Below, piece by piece: positions 1 through 10,500 of a DNA stretch of 44,343 nt. Under the pieces are notes generated by a model. The model had not been told where the DNA came from and did not search any database. It worked only from the letters and a program-made list of their open reading frames with translations. Location of the stretch: NCBI GenBank assembly GCA_041589615.1, contig JBFHVK010000002.1, forward strand, positions 1 through 44,343. The letters are read 5' to 3'. Positions within the stretch are counted from its first letter, which is position 1. Each line of letters opens with the position of its first letter. The position numbers and the translations under genes were made by a program. The stretch is from Gammaproteobacteria bacterium. Its GTDB lineage: Bacteria; Pseudomonadota; Gammaproteobacteria; SZUA-229.

Positions 1-111
1 GACCGTAAAGACTTCACTGCTAAAGAGTGGGCAAATCACGCGCATGAGGAAGCAATGGATTTCGTGCTTTACATGCAGCGGCTGATAGATGAGATGCCGG
101 ATGCAGAATGA
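1..111 (+). CDS. Duplicate 3' fragment of the 138-aa gene at 43897..44313.
   Basis: In-frame translation DRKDFTAKEWANHAHEEAMDFVLYMQRLIDEMPDAE* equals the C-terminus of the 43897..44313 product. Confidence 0.9.
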   Translation, partial: DRKDFTAKEWANHAHEEAMDFVLYMQRLIDEMPDAE

Positions 112-141
112 ATGGGTAATCCTGTCAGTAAATGCTGATTA
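1..141. repeat. Terminal overlap copy 1. It is identical to 44203-44343, indicating circular closure or terminal redundancy.
   Basis: Both ends read gaccgtaaagacttcactgctaaagagtgg...cctgtcagtaaatgctgatta base for base. Confidence 0.95.
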
Positions 142-210
142 CAACGTTGTAAGATGCGTTCTGACAGGGCAATATAAGCGAGACTATACGAAGACGTTAG
201 GGGTGGGGAA

Positions 211-405
211 ATGAACGACATAGATTGGGAAAAGTTTGCAAATGACAATGGCCTAAGTATCGAAGATTTCAAGGAAGAAATAACAACTGCGTTCTTCGCA
301 TTTTGCGCCATTGATATTGATTCAAATGACTCTGATGCGTTGACGATTGGTCGGCAAGACTCAAAGGGAGAGATAAAAGCGGTAATTACGAGGGTTTCAC
401 AATGA
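211..405 (+). CDS. Hypothetical small acidic protein.
   Basis: A purine-rich ggggtgggg precedes the ATG. The stop overlaps the next start as ATGA (402-405), implying translational coupling. Confidence 0.6.
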   Translation: MNDIDWEKFANDNGLSIEDFKEEITTAFFAFCAIDIDSNDSDALTIGRQDSKGEIKAVITRVSQ

Positions 406-950
406 GCAGAACAAGCAAAGAGTTTCAGGCAATTGTAAATGCTGGTAAAACGCCAGAGCAAATCGTTGATCAGTACATGGATTTCATCGCAGAGGAAATG
501 AAGGAGTTGCACGATGCGGTAAAGGCTGGGCATTTGCCTTCAATTGTTAAAGAAGCGTGTGACGTTATGATTGTGTGTGAGCCGGTGATTGATAATAGTG
601 ATGGTTCCGTTACTCATATATATGCGCTTGGTGCTTACGATATGGCTACTGTCATAGTGCTTGACTGGATAGGAATATCTGGATGCTCCGCAGCCATGCA
701 AGCCGTAGTAAACTCAAACTTCAGCAAATTCATTCTTGAGTCAGAGCTTGATGAGGCGTTTGAGCATTTTGAAAAGCTGGGCATTGCTGTTTTGTTTGTG
801 CAGCTGGAAGACGGGTTATTTAAGGCTATTTCAGCGCATGATCAACACTCAACCATAACCGGCGAGCTGAAGTTTTACAAAGGCGGAAAAACACTCAAAG
901 GGCCGAAGTACAAGCCGGTTGATGAGTCTGTTAATTTTTGGGAGGTGTGA
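402..950 (+). CDS. MazG-like all-alpha NTP pyrophosphohydrolase domain protein.
   Basis: The N-terminal region carries an EExxE ... ExxD pattern (AEEMKEL ... KEACDVM), typical of MazG/HisE-type pyrophosphohydrolases. It is coupled to the upstream ORF. Confidence 0.45.
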   Translation: MSRTSKEFQAIVNAGKTPEQIVDQYMDFIAEEMKELHDAVKAGHLPSIVKEACDVMIVCEPVIDNSDGSVTHIYALGAYDMATVIVLDWIGISGCSAAMQAVVNSNFSKFILESELDEAFEHFEKLGIAVLFVQLEDGLFKAISAHDQHSTITGELKFYKGGKTLKGPKYKPVDESVNFWEV

Positions 951-952
951 TC

Positions 953-1288
953 ATGGCTGACATTATAGGTATTATCCCAGACTTCGTTTATGGAATGATA
1001 GGGATTACATTGGTGTGGGGAATAATTATTTCTCTGTTGCTAGGCTTGATTGCAATTGTCGCTTACGTTGCATGGCATCAAATTGCAATAACAACAGCTA
1101 TGGTTTACGGAGCATGGAAGCATAAGTCTCTAAAGCCTGAATATAGTGATAGCAAACTTATATACATTAAGATATGGTTTAAGTTGATAATTAAAGAAAA
1201 CTGGACGAGTCACGGCGGCGAAATACACCATCATGGTGATAAGTTCTACGTTATTAATTGTCGTGGCTGGTTGCCGAAGGTTTATTAA
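953..1288 (+). CDS. Membrane protein, about 2 predicted TM segments.
   Basis: GGAGG at 941-945 lies 7 nt before ATG 953. The N-terminus is hydrophobic (IGITLVWGIIISLLLGLIAIVAYVAW). I prefer this start to the track start at 938. Confidence 0.6.
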   Translation: MADIIGIIPDFVYGMIGITLVWGIIISLLLGLIAIVAYVAWHQIAITTAMVYGAWKHKSLKPEYSDSKLIYIKIWFKLIIKENWTSHGGEIHHHGDKFYVINCRGWLPKVY

Positions 1289-1306
1289 TTTTTTAGGAGG
1301 CGTGAT

Positions 1307-1513
1307 ATGTACGATGCAAAAGATATTGCAGTTATATTTTTATTAGTATTAATGATTGTTTTTCTTATTGGGTTTGCTGTGTGGGTAGACTACGCAAAAT
1401 GTGAAACTCAATCCAAATCTTTCGGTGAAAGCGACTGGGGATTAATTAAAGGGTGCATGGTGGATTTCAATGGAGAGACGGTGCCACTTGAAAACATAGT
1501 TGTGAGTAAGTGA
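1307..1513 (+). CDS. Small single-pass membrane protein.
   Basis: RBS aggagg lies upstream of the ATG. A TM helix (IAVIFLLVLMIVFLIGFAVWV) is present. This is the last gene before the terminator. Confidence 0.6.
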   Translation: MYDAKDIAVIFLLVLMIVFLIGFAVWVDYAKCETQSKSFGESDWGLIKGCMVDFNGETVPLENIVVSK

Positions 1514-1519
1514 GGAATA

Positions 1520-1540
1520 GGCGGGTCATCCCGCCTTTTT
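1520..1540 (+). terminator. Rho-independent terminator ending the rightward arm.
   Basis: Stem ggcggg/cccgcc with loop tcat, followed by ttttt. It overlaps the stop codon of the convergent holin gene. Confidence 0.75.
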
Positions 1541-1993
1541 AGTGTCTGTGCCTTTCATCTTATCAAAGCTTCGCATTGAGCCCATGCCAAGCATACCAAG
1601 CAGAACAGGCCATAACTCTGCCATATCCATTCGAGGCGGCACTGGAATGGTGACAATGCTATCAGCGCCACTACCGACAGATAGAAAGCCCGCTACGTTA
1701 GTCACATATTCCAGCAGCCAAACGCCGATGTAATTAAAGGCAAGGATAGATACGCACACCCAGCCAACAGCAGGCCGCCAGCCAGCCACGAACATCGACT
1801 TGCTTTCTGCTTCCTTCAGGTTGATTTTTAGCTGGCCTTCCATAAGCGTGACGTAAGCCTGAAGCCTAGCAAGGTCTCCATTCTGTTTCAGCTCTTCCAA
1901 CTTGCGCATCTCTTCGGCGCGTTTTATTTTGTCAGGAAATAGCCTATCTATAAGGGCTTCACCAAGAGAAAATAGTTCGTCAAAGCCGGTCAT
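1526..1993 (-). CDS. Holin (3-TM holin family-like).
   Basis: It has an amphipathic coiled N-terminus followed by C-terminal TM segments. It resembles the 'holin of 3TMs' family. It overlaps the endolysin stop by 4 nt. Confidence 0.7.
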   Translation of the reverse strand: MTGFDELFSLGEALIDRLFPDKIKRAEEMRKLEELKQNGDLARLQAYVTLMEGQLKINLKEAESKSMFVAGWRPAVGWVCVSILAFNYIGVWLLEYVTNVAGFLSVGSGADSIVTIPVPPRMDMAELWPVLLGMLGMGSMRSFDKMKGTDTKKAG

Positions 1994-2529
1994 ACTTCCA
2001 CCCTGTTTTTAATCCAGCCATAAACAAACGCCTCATCTTTTTCACGGCGCTCAGCCAACTCAATATAGAATGCACCCTGCAGGCAGTTCATAGCCCGAAC
2101 TAAGATTAATTCCTCTCGGTGCTCAAGGTAGTGAGTCAGCGCATTGATTGTTGCTGGCCCTATACTGCCATCTAAGACTAAATCACCATAGAGCGAACCA
2201 CTTCTATTCATGGCATTCAGCGAACGCTGCAGGAACTCGCCAGCGCGCTTTACGCCGGTATTTACTGCAGTATCAACAACCTCATAGGCAATAAGCTCTG
2301 ACAGGTCATTAAGTCGGTCTGCGTTAACCTTATCCCAGTATTTATCTGAATAGATATCGAATGCAACGTGCCGTGGCAAATCTCGCATGCTGCCGGTGTA
2401 GCCATTGTCGCGGGCCACTGATTCGGTAATGCCGTACTTCGTAGCGCCGCCTGAGTCGCCAGGGTCGTCAACATAACCACCCTCAACGTCAATGATTCGA
2501 TTGATCATTTCGCTTTTTAAATCAGCCAT
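1990..2529 (-). CDS. Endolysin: GH108 lysozyme domain plus a PG_binding_3-like C-terminal domain.
   Basis: The N-terminal motif VEGGYVDDPGDSGGATKYGIT is the GH108 signature. The gene is adjacent to the holin. Confidence 0.85.
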   Translation of the reverse strand: MADLKSEMINRIIDVEGGYVDDPGDSGGATKYGITESVARDNGYTGSMRDLPRHVAFDIYSDKYWDKVNADRLNDLSELIAYEVVDTAVNTGVKRAGEFLQRSLNAMNRSGSLYGDLVLDGSIGPATINALTHYLEHREELILVRAMNCLQGAFYIELAERREKDEAFVYGWIKNRVEV

Positions 2530-2532
2530 ATA

Positions 2533-2901
2533 TCACCCCGCAACACCAATGATTCGGCATGCGTCTGTAGCTGTCTTTTCACGCATAACCTTTAGTAAAT
2601 GTGAACGGCCAGGCTCTCGGCATAGGGTATCCATTGCGCCTAATTTGCCGCCTTTGTTGTCGGCCTTCCAGTAGGTTATATCTGTAATGATTTCCTCGTG
2701 GGTCGCGCTGTCTGCAAGCTCATACAGTACTTCCTTGTACTCAGTATTGTAACTGTTTTCCTGCAGCTCCATGACCGCCAAGGATAGGTTTTCAAGTGCT
2801 AGCTTCGCCTGCCATATGGTGCCGGCAACCGTTAACAGACCTGATATAATCATCCCTGTTACAATCTTTGCCGCGTGATCTGTTAATGGTTTAAAGTTCA
2901 T
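2533..2901 (-). CDS. N-terminally membrane-anchored protein in the lysis region. It may be an i-spanin or antiholin, but this is unproven.
   Basis: ATG at 2901 gives MNFKPL..., with one TM (IVTGMIISGLLTVAGTIW) followed by a helical region. I found no embedded lipobox ORF. Confidence 0.5.
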   Translation of the reverse strand: MNFKPLTDHAAKIVTGMIISGLLTVAGTIWQAKLALENLSLAVMELQENSYNTEYKEVLYELADSATHEEIITDITYWKADNKGGKLGAMDTLCREPGRSHLLKVMREKTATDACRIIGVAG

Positions 2902-2926
2902 TTTACTGTTCTCTCGGTTGGTTGAG

Positions 2927-3322
2927 TTAATCTTCAATCGCTGGTATAGAGTGAGGCTTCCCGCCCTCAAGTACCCAGCTTAAAACGAATTCAATCATGC
3001 GCCATTCTAGGCCATTGTTAGCAAGTAGGTTGCGGCCAATAACACTGGATGCAGTTTCGTCTTCATCGCCAAATTTATGGCTAATGTTTGGCGCAGTATT
3101 AAGCAAGAATTTATACATAACTTGCCACCGCTGATCTTCAGAAGTGAGGTAGTGGACAGCCCATTTAGTTACCTCTGTTTTAACGCCAAACACGTAACGA
3201 GCAATCATTAGTCCGGAGCATACTAAAAACATCAGAACGATAATCGGTGATGACAAGATTACCTGCAACACAATCAGCATAAAGAACATAACTACATACA
3301 GAATTGATTTTACTGTGCTCAT
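2927..3322 (-). CDS. Membrane protein with 2 N-terminal TM segments.
   Basis: The N-terminus is hydrophobic (ILYVVMFFMLIVLQVIL, IIVLMFLVCSGLMIA). It overlaps the upstream gene stop. Confidence 0.55.
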   Translation of the reverse strand: MSTVKSILYVVMFFMLIVLQVILSSPIIVLMFLVCSGLMIARYVFGVKTEVTKWAVHYLTSEDQRWQVMYKFLLNTAPNISHKFGDEDETASSVIGRNLLANNGLEWRMIEFVLSWVLEGGKPHSIPAIED

Positions 3323-3777
3323 TCGCCAGCCTCGAAAAATTGAGAACGAAAAGCTGAAAACTGAGTTACGAAATCAGTAATATTCTCTGCTGTTAATTTT
3401 AGTATGTTGCCATTATCAAACGTCATGTTATGAGTTGATTCTGGAACATTCATAATCATCAGCGCAATTGCTGTGACTCCATTTTGGTCGTCTTTAGTGC
3501 CGGAACACATAACGCCATCGTATTCAAATCCAGTGAGTTTTAGCTCATCTAAAGCGGCTTCAGCTTCTTCTGCGGCAATCGCAGCTGCAATGATTCCGTC
3601 TTCGTCATATGGTTTTATCGAAATAGAATCGTCACCTACTAATTCAGTGAATTCATCTGAGTCAGATAGGATTAGCGTCTTAGTAACAACGTCTCTCTCT
3701 ACTCCTAGAATCACACGAGTTCCGGCAATAGATTTTTCTATATGACCTTCTGATGTGTATTTGTATGTAGCAGCCAT
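3319..3777 (-). CDS. DUF4376-like protein associated with the tail fibre (possible fibre accessory or assembly protein).
   Basis: It lies directly after the fibre gene with overlapping start and stop. The C-terminal half resembles DUF4376 as seen next to phage fibres. Confidence 0.4.
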   Translation of the reverse strand: MAATYKYTSEGHIEKSIAGTRVILGVERDVVTKTLILSDSDEFTELVGDDSISIKPYDEDGIIAAAIAAEEAEAALDELKLTGFEYDGVMCSGTKDDQNGVTAIALMIMNVPESTHNMTFDNGNILKLTAENITDFVTQFSAFRSQFFEAGE

Positions 3778-4541
3778 TATTCTACTCCCTCAATTATAAA
3801 ACCATCTCCAGCCGCATCACCTCTGACCTGGTAGAAGTTGCCCTCAGTTAAGCCGGTTGTAGTGTATTGCAGAACCATCGTCCTTGGCGTAGCCATTAGA
3901 ACAGTTACTAACGATAGATCAACTGATGTTAAGTTGAGTCCTCCAGACACATTGTAAAAAGTAGCAGACCCGACTGCAGTTACCGTTGTATCGTTAGAGT
4001 ACCTATTTCTATCTAGCTCAATATGCAACCGAGTAGAGTCAAATGCATATGCTCTTACGCCTATCGACTGGCCATTTGCCTGACACAAAAACTCATCAAA
4101 ATTAACATTGCCAGAGTGGTAGACTGTTTCACCTGTAACGCCTAAATCGTCATTAGTAGGAACATCAGAACCGCCAGTGCCAGTATCCGCGTAAGCAGCA
4201 CTCCCCAGCAAATCACCATTAATAGTCTTCCCTAAATGCCTGTTCATAATAGCCGCAGGATTCACGTCACCGTTATTTAACCGTGGAGCGCCATTGGCAA
4301 GAAAGTCAACCTGAATAACATATTCAACATCTGTTGCAGTATCGCCAGCGTAACTGCCTGTTAGTGTGATTTGAGTATTTGAATCAACAGAACCAACTTC
4401 GTAAGCTGAATATGTAACCGAAGATGAACCACGGCGAACAATCCAGTTCCCAGCAGAAACTGATGATAACCATGACGTTCCGGTTCCTGTAACGACCTGA
4501 GATCCGTTGGTGAATGTTGCTGTGCCTGTTCTATATTGCAT
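3777..4541 (-). CDS. Tail fibre protein.
   Basis: The N-terminus GTATFTNGSQVVTGTGTSWLSSVSAGNWIV...YEVGSVDSNTQITLTGSYAG matches the conserved fibre N-terminal motif (G-T-x-x-V-T-G-x-G-T-x-W ... Y-x-I-x-S-V) seen in many phage fibres. Confidence 0.6.
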   Translation of the reverse strand: MQYRTGTATFTNGSQVVTGTGTSWLSSVSAGNWIVRRGSSSVTYSAYEVGSVDSNTQITLTGSYAGDTATDVEYVIQVDFLANGAPRLNNGDVNPAAIMNRHLGKTINGDLLGSAAYADTGTGGSDVPTNDDLGVTGETVYHSGNVNFDEFLCQANGQSIGVRAYAFDSTRLHIELDRNRYSNDTTVTAVGSATFYNVSGGLNLTSVDLSLVTVLMATPRTMVLQYTTTGLTEGNFYQVRGDAAGDGFIIEGVE

Positions 4542-4578
4542 GCGTTAGAATCCTGTGTAATTTTGGTATTTTAACATA

Positions 4579-7500
4579 TTAAACAACCAACCCGATATGT
4601 TCAGTCGAGTTTGATCGGATTTCCCAGCGGTCAAGTGTTAGTGTGTCACCACTGAAAGTATTGCTGCGCAGGTAGATAACATCACCAGCGGTGACAGAGA
4701 ATGAAGTTGAATATGAAGAACCCACAATTGATGACCATGTCGCCATTGTCGTTCCGTTCCGTCGAACATAGCATTGAGGGTCGCTTGTGCCGCCGCTAAA
4801 GTCTGCCCAAACGGTTATTGTTCCAGACGCTTTGCATATTGCTGTACGCGTTGTGAAGTTGTCACCATTCTCAGAATAGTAAAGCGCATCGGTAGAGTTG
4901 TATCCATCGCACCAGATTCGAACAGACCCAGATACTAGCGTGTCTCTATCTATAGAACCGGATGATTGAGTTCCAAGTAATACTCCATCACCATCGATGT
5001 AAATATCACTTCCACCGGAAGAAACTGCATCTGCGCCATTAATAACCACCGTTCCATATGCGACATATATGCAATAGTTAGTACACCCAGAAAGATCAGA
5101 GTTGTACGCATTAACTGTTGATCCAAGTGTTGACGTTATACCTGTAGGCGGATATGGAGAAACAAGGGATGTCCCAACGATAGATATGTTGGCGGAATCT
5201 GATGCCCATGCCAACTGAAGGTTGCAGTCCTCGACTGTTGATGATGATGCGTCTACGCTACCATCGTTTGAGCGAGCATAGTAGCCAACTCTAACTGCCG
5301 AAGCTCTATTCCCGATTATTTCACCACCATCGTCAGCCCAAAAAACAGAGCCAAAATCCTCAATATTTTGAGCTATGGCCATTATTCTCCCGTAACTATC
5401 AGCTCTGCAAAAGACTCCGTTGTTTTGACTATACCCTGAAAATGTATAGTTACTAGATGCTGTCAAGCTGTTTGTTGTTATTTTTGCACTTCCGTTATCG
5501 TGAGCATAGATTATTCCAGATATATCTGTTGTTAAATCGACACCACAGCTAAGTATTGGGGCCACACCACCATTATAAACCTCAATCCAATAATTGAGCC
5601 CAGATGGGGAAATTGTTAGCTGCCCAGACGTTTCAGTTGTCGTTATTGTGATCCAACCTAAATTTATACCGTCTATTGAATGGAAGTCGGTATCAACATA
5701 CCCACTCTGGCACTCAATAGTCGCAGTAAAGCCGCCGTTTTGATATGCAGGAACAACCCTACTTAATGCTTCTAATGCCTCATCAAGGGTTTCATAGTCG
5801 TAACCAGAACCAACTGTAACTGTTCGGCTTGTGTTATCGCCAATGGTAACTTCTGATCCAATAGTAATGACACTGCCGTCAAACGAAATAGAGTTATCAC
5901 CAGACCCGAAACTAAAGTTACCATTACTGTCTATATAGGTTTCAAACTGAGTGCCATTATAGTAACCCATGTAAGTTGAGGTTAGATTAAGGCCGGTGGT
6001 AGCTGAATCAGTAATCCTGTCTGGAATATTGGATAGAGTGCTGTTCCAGTCAGCGCCGACTGTTGCGCCTGATTCAATGCCGCTTAACTTAGTCCCTTCA
6101 GTCGAGTTCACGTCACTTAGTGATGTAGGCTCATTGGATATGTTTGAGCCCCAAGTAGCTCCAACAGTCGATACTTCATCCCATGTTGATCCGTTATACC
6201 TGCTTAAACTATCACTGCCGTCAGTATTAAACCAAAGATCACCCGCGCTTGCCGTTGTTGGAGCGGTTGTCTGATAATAAACCACAGCTTTACCGTCCGC
6301 CGTGGTTTGTGCTGTTTGCGCTGCATTAATTGCAGATGCAATATCACTATCTTGCGCACTAACCCACGAGGAGCCATTGTATCTATATACAGTGTTTCCA
6401 TCGTCAGTATCGAACCAAATATCACCATCGTCCATACCTGATGTAGGCTCAGAATCTTGATAGAATGACGTTATTTTCCCGTCAGCCGTAGACTGGGCTG
6501 TTTGAGCAGCAGCTAAAGCATCAGCTGCTTCTTGACTGACAATCAGAACCTGCGCGTCAACATAATCAGATACATCTTGTAAAGATGGAGACCAAGCTGT
6601 TGCTTTGTTACCACTTTCAAACTTAACGCCACAAATTGATGCTGTTTCGCCAACTTCAGAATCAAAAATACGACCAACAATTATATTTTTTATTGCCGAA
6701 TCACCAATTACCCATGTAATCCAGTATCTAGCCCAATCAGTTGTTAGCGTTGTAATGATGTTCCCATCAACCGATGATGACGTGTTCCCTTGAGAGTTGG
6801 AGGCTGAAACCGTACTTGAATCTCCACCATAAAGATATGACCTTATTGCGGTTCCGTCTGTATCTGATTTAGCATAAAAAGAAACTGTGAACGTAGTGTT
6901 TGATGACGTGTCAATATTGGTCTTACTGACAAAATCTGTGAACCCTGACGCTGGCCCTGTGGCCGCAGATATAGCAAATCCGTTGTAGTAATCTCCAGTC
7001 AAGTAAGTGGCGCTCCACGCTCCACCATCCTGAGTTCCATCTATTATGTTTATGCTGCCAACTTCGATATTATCCGCTGTATACTGAGCTGCCGCTGCAT
7101 CAGCTAATGCCTGTGATGCCTCAGATGATGCGGTTGTTAATGTAGAGTATTCTGTTGAATTGATGTCGTCTAGTGATGTTGGTGTTCCGCTGATATCAGA
7201 GTAATCATCAGCTGTGGCCAAGGCACCAGCATCAGAGAAGTTACTAACGCCTGAACCGCCAGTAATAGTCACAGAGCCTGTGAATTTAGCGTTACCAGCA
7301 GCATCAACCCAGAATGGGTAATTGCCAGCACCTTCTGCATATAAGATTAATGGGTTTGCACTTTCCGTGGGAACATCAACAGCACCCATAGTGACAACAT
7401 AACCACTATTAGTTGTATAAACATAGCCATCACCATCAATCTTAACGCCAGAATCTACGCCGTCACCTACCTGAACGTATTCAGTTGCAGCTATTGTTCC

Positions 7501-10500
7501 GGCAGTAATTTTGCCAGCGGAAACATCACCTATTTTCGCGTCAGTTACAGCTAGGTTACTGATAGCAGCAGTGCCAACAGCCAAATCTTCTATCTTTGCG
7601 CTAGTTATAGCTGCATCTGATATTTGAGCTGTATCTACAGCCAAGTCACCAATCTTTGCATTGGTTATTGCTGCATTAGCTATAGCGGCGGTACCAACAG
7701 CCAAGCTTGCTATCTTTGTTGATGTAACTGAGCTATCTGCCAGCTTAGCAGCTTCAACAGAAAGGTCAGCAAGCTTGCTTGTATCAACAGAGGCATCAGC
7801 CAAATTAACCGACTGCAACTCGCCAGTTATAGCACTACCTTCAAGATCAATACTTCCATCAGCTAGATTGTTTGCAGTTACAGCAAGGTCTGCCAGCTTT
7901 GAATTGGTGACACTATCATCAGCAAGTAGTGATTCGACTATTGACCCTGTTTCAACATACGTGCTGATGAATGCAGCATCAGCTTCATCGATAGTCGCCC
8001 AAGCACCGAGGCCATCAACATCAGCTGCATCAATACTCAGTAGTGTAAATTCAATGGTTGAACTTTGCTCGCCAGTGCCGAACTGATCTACAGACTCCAG
8101 ACCGACAACGTATGTTGTACCTTGTACAAGGTTGTCCCAAGTTACATTGTTTCCAGATACTGTTTTATAGCTTCCCTCTGTGTAAGGGTTATTGCCTGAG
8201 CCTTCTACGATGTAAGCATTAACGCCAACAAAATCAACATCAGTTGGAAGTGTGTAGTTCACTGTAAGGCTTGTGTAGCCAACCTCGCTAGATATGCCAC
8301 TAACTGCGCTAGGCTCTGGATTCTCTACGCTGATGCTTACATAGTCAGATGCGTAGCCAGTAGTTGCTACAGCCTGAACAGCAATAGTGAACTCACGAAT
8401 CGGAGTGCCATTATCTGTCTTATTCTTGTCGTAAGTGTAGGTATATTCTGGCTCAGTAAGTAGCGAAGATTCCCTCAGTAAATTGCCGTCACTATCCGAT
8501 ATAATAACTTTGTATCCAGATAAGAACACATCAGTAGAGCCACTTAATGAAACGATAGAGCCGCTGTCCGATGTTGACAATTCATTCCATTGGAATTCAG
8601 CATTGCCAGACTTAAACTGATTCCATCCTTCGTCATCATCAATTCGGTTTACCAGCTCCAAAGCTGTTGGCGTGGGTATAGTTAATGCTTCGTCTACGTC
8701 TGCCGTATTTTCACCTGCACTGACCTCTGTATCGTTCTCTACGATAGTTGTAGTGAATGTTGATGTGGTTACGCCGCCAGCAGCTCTAGCTACGTTGTAC
8801 GCAGTTACACGGATGTCGTATGTAGTGCCATCTGATGCCACTTCGAACGTGGTTGAAGTCGATGTGTCATAGCTTACCGATGTCCAAGTTGATTGCGTTG
8901 GCAGCTTGTATTCAACCAGCGCGTAATAGAAGTTATCGTCAGTTGAAGTTACATCAACTTGAATTGTCGATATGTTGCCAGCAGCGGATACTGGAGTATT
9001 GAGTAGCTCAGTGACTGTGAATGTAGGCGCTAACGCAGACTCGATTGTATCCTTGGTTGTGTCTGGAGTGTAGTCTTCAGCGGCAAGGAATCGCATCTTA
9101 TGGATTGCTGATTGATTGGTTGAAGATGAGTAGGATGTACCAGCATAAACTTCACCTGCTTGATATTGCGCGCCATAAGTATCTGATCCGGCAGTGCCAC
9201 GATAAACCTTCTTCCAGCTATCAAGATAGTTTTCTACATTGCTATCCCACGATCCAGAATCAGCTGTAACCAAGTCGTAAAGTATAGGTTCGGCAGCGTC
9301 ATTATTCTTTTGTGCAACGATACAGATTCCAGGGTAGCCAAATCCTGACATACCGCCAGCTGCATTAATAGTGACTGAGCGATCATCCCCATTGGCTCTA
9401 TAGTCGAACGTTACGCTTCCTTCAGTGCCTTGATTTGCGTCATCACCAGATAAGTCGATCGATGAGCTAGACTGATAGTAAAGGCCATCACAAATAAAGC
9501 ATATGCCAGCACCGCCAGATACAGCAGAGCCACCAGAAAGAACTTCAGTGCCATTATCGTATGTTGACTGACCACCAGCCCCGCCGCCCATGCCATTTAA
9601 TGAGCTTGGCAGTATTGCCGTTACATCATCGCCATCAGATATTGAAACTGTATACGACAGATCAATAGAAGTTGCCACATATGACGTTGTGCTTCTGTTC
9701 GAGTACAGGTTGATTAGATTGGATGTATTATTTGAATCCATATCTAGGCCATTCATTGACGCGTTACCGCCGCCAAAATAGCCATCATGCCCTACTGCTC
9801 CGCCCCTTCCTTTACCATCAATCTTTGCATTATCTTCAAGTGTAAAATCATCACAGTCAAAATAAACTGAGCCATTGATGTAAATGGTTGAGTCAGTATC
9901 TACAACGATATCACCGTCATAATAGTATTTGCCATCTGGAATGTTCGCGCCATCAGTAAATGTGAATGTGCTGCCGTCATGAGTGCCGTATGTTCCGGCA
10001 GACAGGTCAGTCCATCCAGTATGATCAATACTGTTAATAGCATCGCCGTTATCTGCTGTGAACGATGTTGGAACACCTTCAGATGCGAACAGGTTTAAGG
10101 TCACTTGGCCAGCAAAGAAATCAGTTGTTACCGATTGAACCTCAAATGACTCAAAGTAAGTGTCGAGTGTTTTATAGTCCGGCTCCTGCTCAAGCGTTAA
10201 GCCGACAATATCGCCAACCTCAATCTCTACAGCGTGACGGATTGGCACAGAAACAGTTCGCTCGATTGCGGTATTAGCAAGTCGCTTGACTTGAGACTGA
10301 GCAACGAAATCAAGGCTGGTTGATGAGCTTGAGTCTCTATTTCTCAGGCCCAGCAACTCAATTTCTTTAACCTCTGACTTAGTGCCGTATTTGGCCGCGC
10401 TATTTGCATCAAGGTAATAATCGAAGCGGTTATATTCTTCCTCAATCGGGTCATAAGACCAACTTATCTTGAAGTAATTCGTAATATCAGAAACGTCACG

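Noticed and set aside
69-533. 154-aa minus-strand ORF.
   Set aside because: It is antisense to two translationally coupled + strand genes (211..405 and 402..950). It has no RBS, and its composition is Cys/Ser/Leu-rich as is typical of antisense frames.
2533-2901. Embedded o-spanin (Rz1-like) ORF.
   Set aside because: I translated every internal ATG on the minus strand by eye. None gives a signal peptide plus lipobox Cys.
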